Below are positions 63,985 through 64,000 of a stretch of DNA of 64,000 nt, in pieces (position 1 is the first letter of the stretch; the number at the start of each line of letters is the position of its first letter). The notes below the pieces were generated by a model, which was given only the letters and a program-made list of their open reading frames with translations, searched no databases and was not told the origin of the DNA. The stretch comes from a bacterium. Its GTDB lineage: Archaea; Micrarchaeota; Micrarchaeia; Micrarchaeales; CABMGC01. The translations under genes and the position numbers were made by a program. The stretch spans positions 352-64,351 of the forward strand of contig JAKBPE010000001.1 of the NCBI GenBank assembly GCA_021829835.1, given 5' to 3'.

Positions 63985-64000
63985 AGCAGTAAAGATATAT

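Overview
This AT-rich window is archaeal. The markers are gatD-gatE, topoisomerase VI subunit A, a class I CCA-adding enzyme, a membrane-inserted LonB protease and intron-containing tRNAs. A solitary 5S rRNA gene and heavily sequon-decorated membrane-anchored giant proteins suggest a Thermoplasmatales-like or related acidophilic lineage; that placement is inference only.

Most of the window is compact housekeeping sequence:
- Translation and RNA: gatDE, argS, cca, a DEAD-box helicase and a tRNA methylthiotransferase.
- Central metabolism: sdhA, an anchor protein, sdhB, fumC, lpd, nadK, proline dehydrogenase and idsA.
- Repair and proteostasis: polX, top6A, lonB, msrA and msrB.
- Transporters.

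Four regions stand out:
1. Two giant minus-strand genes (2285 aa and 1957 aa) encode mosaic surface proteins. They share Ig-like SGGTxPYxYQWY repeats and a paralogous C-terminal anchor module.
2. A tRNA-Ala(CGC)-anchored accessory island lies at about 47.5-51.8 kb. Diverged, D-armless pseudo-tRNA-Ala copies and a roughly 400-bp composite repeat delimit mini-cassettes. The cassettes carry two unrelated PIN/RHH toxin-antitoxin pairs, a DUF167 gene and a COG1373-type AAA ATPase. No integrase is visible.
3. A tRNA-Arg(CCU) begins 7 nt after the argS stop codon and appears to carry a non-canonical intron of about 32 nt in its T-loop. A tRNA-Gly(UCC) carries a 39-nt intron at the canonical 37/38 position.
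4. A decayed locus fuses a TnpB (IS200/IS605) C-terminal remnant, with its right-end hairpin, to an MFS transporter pseudogene. A second orphan copy of the same IS end lies 2.7 kb away.

I saw no CRISPR array, no intact transposase or integrase, and no recognisable complete defence system. All homology statements come from motif recognition by eye and need database confirmation.
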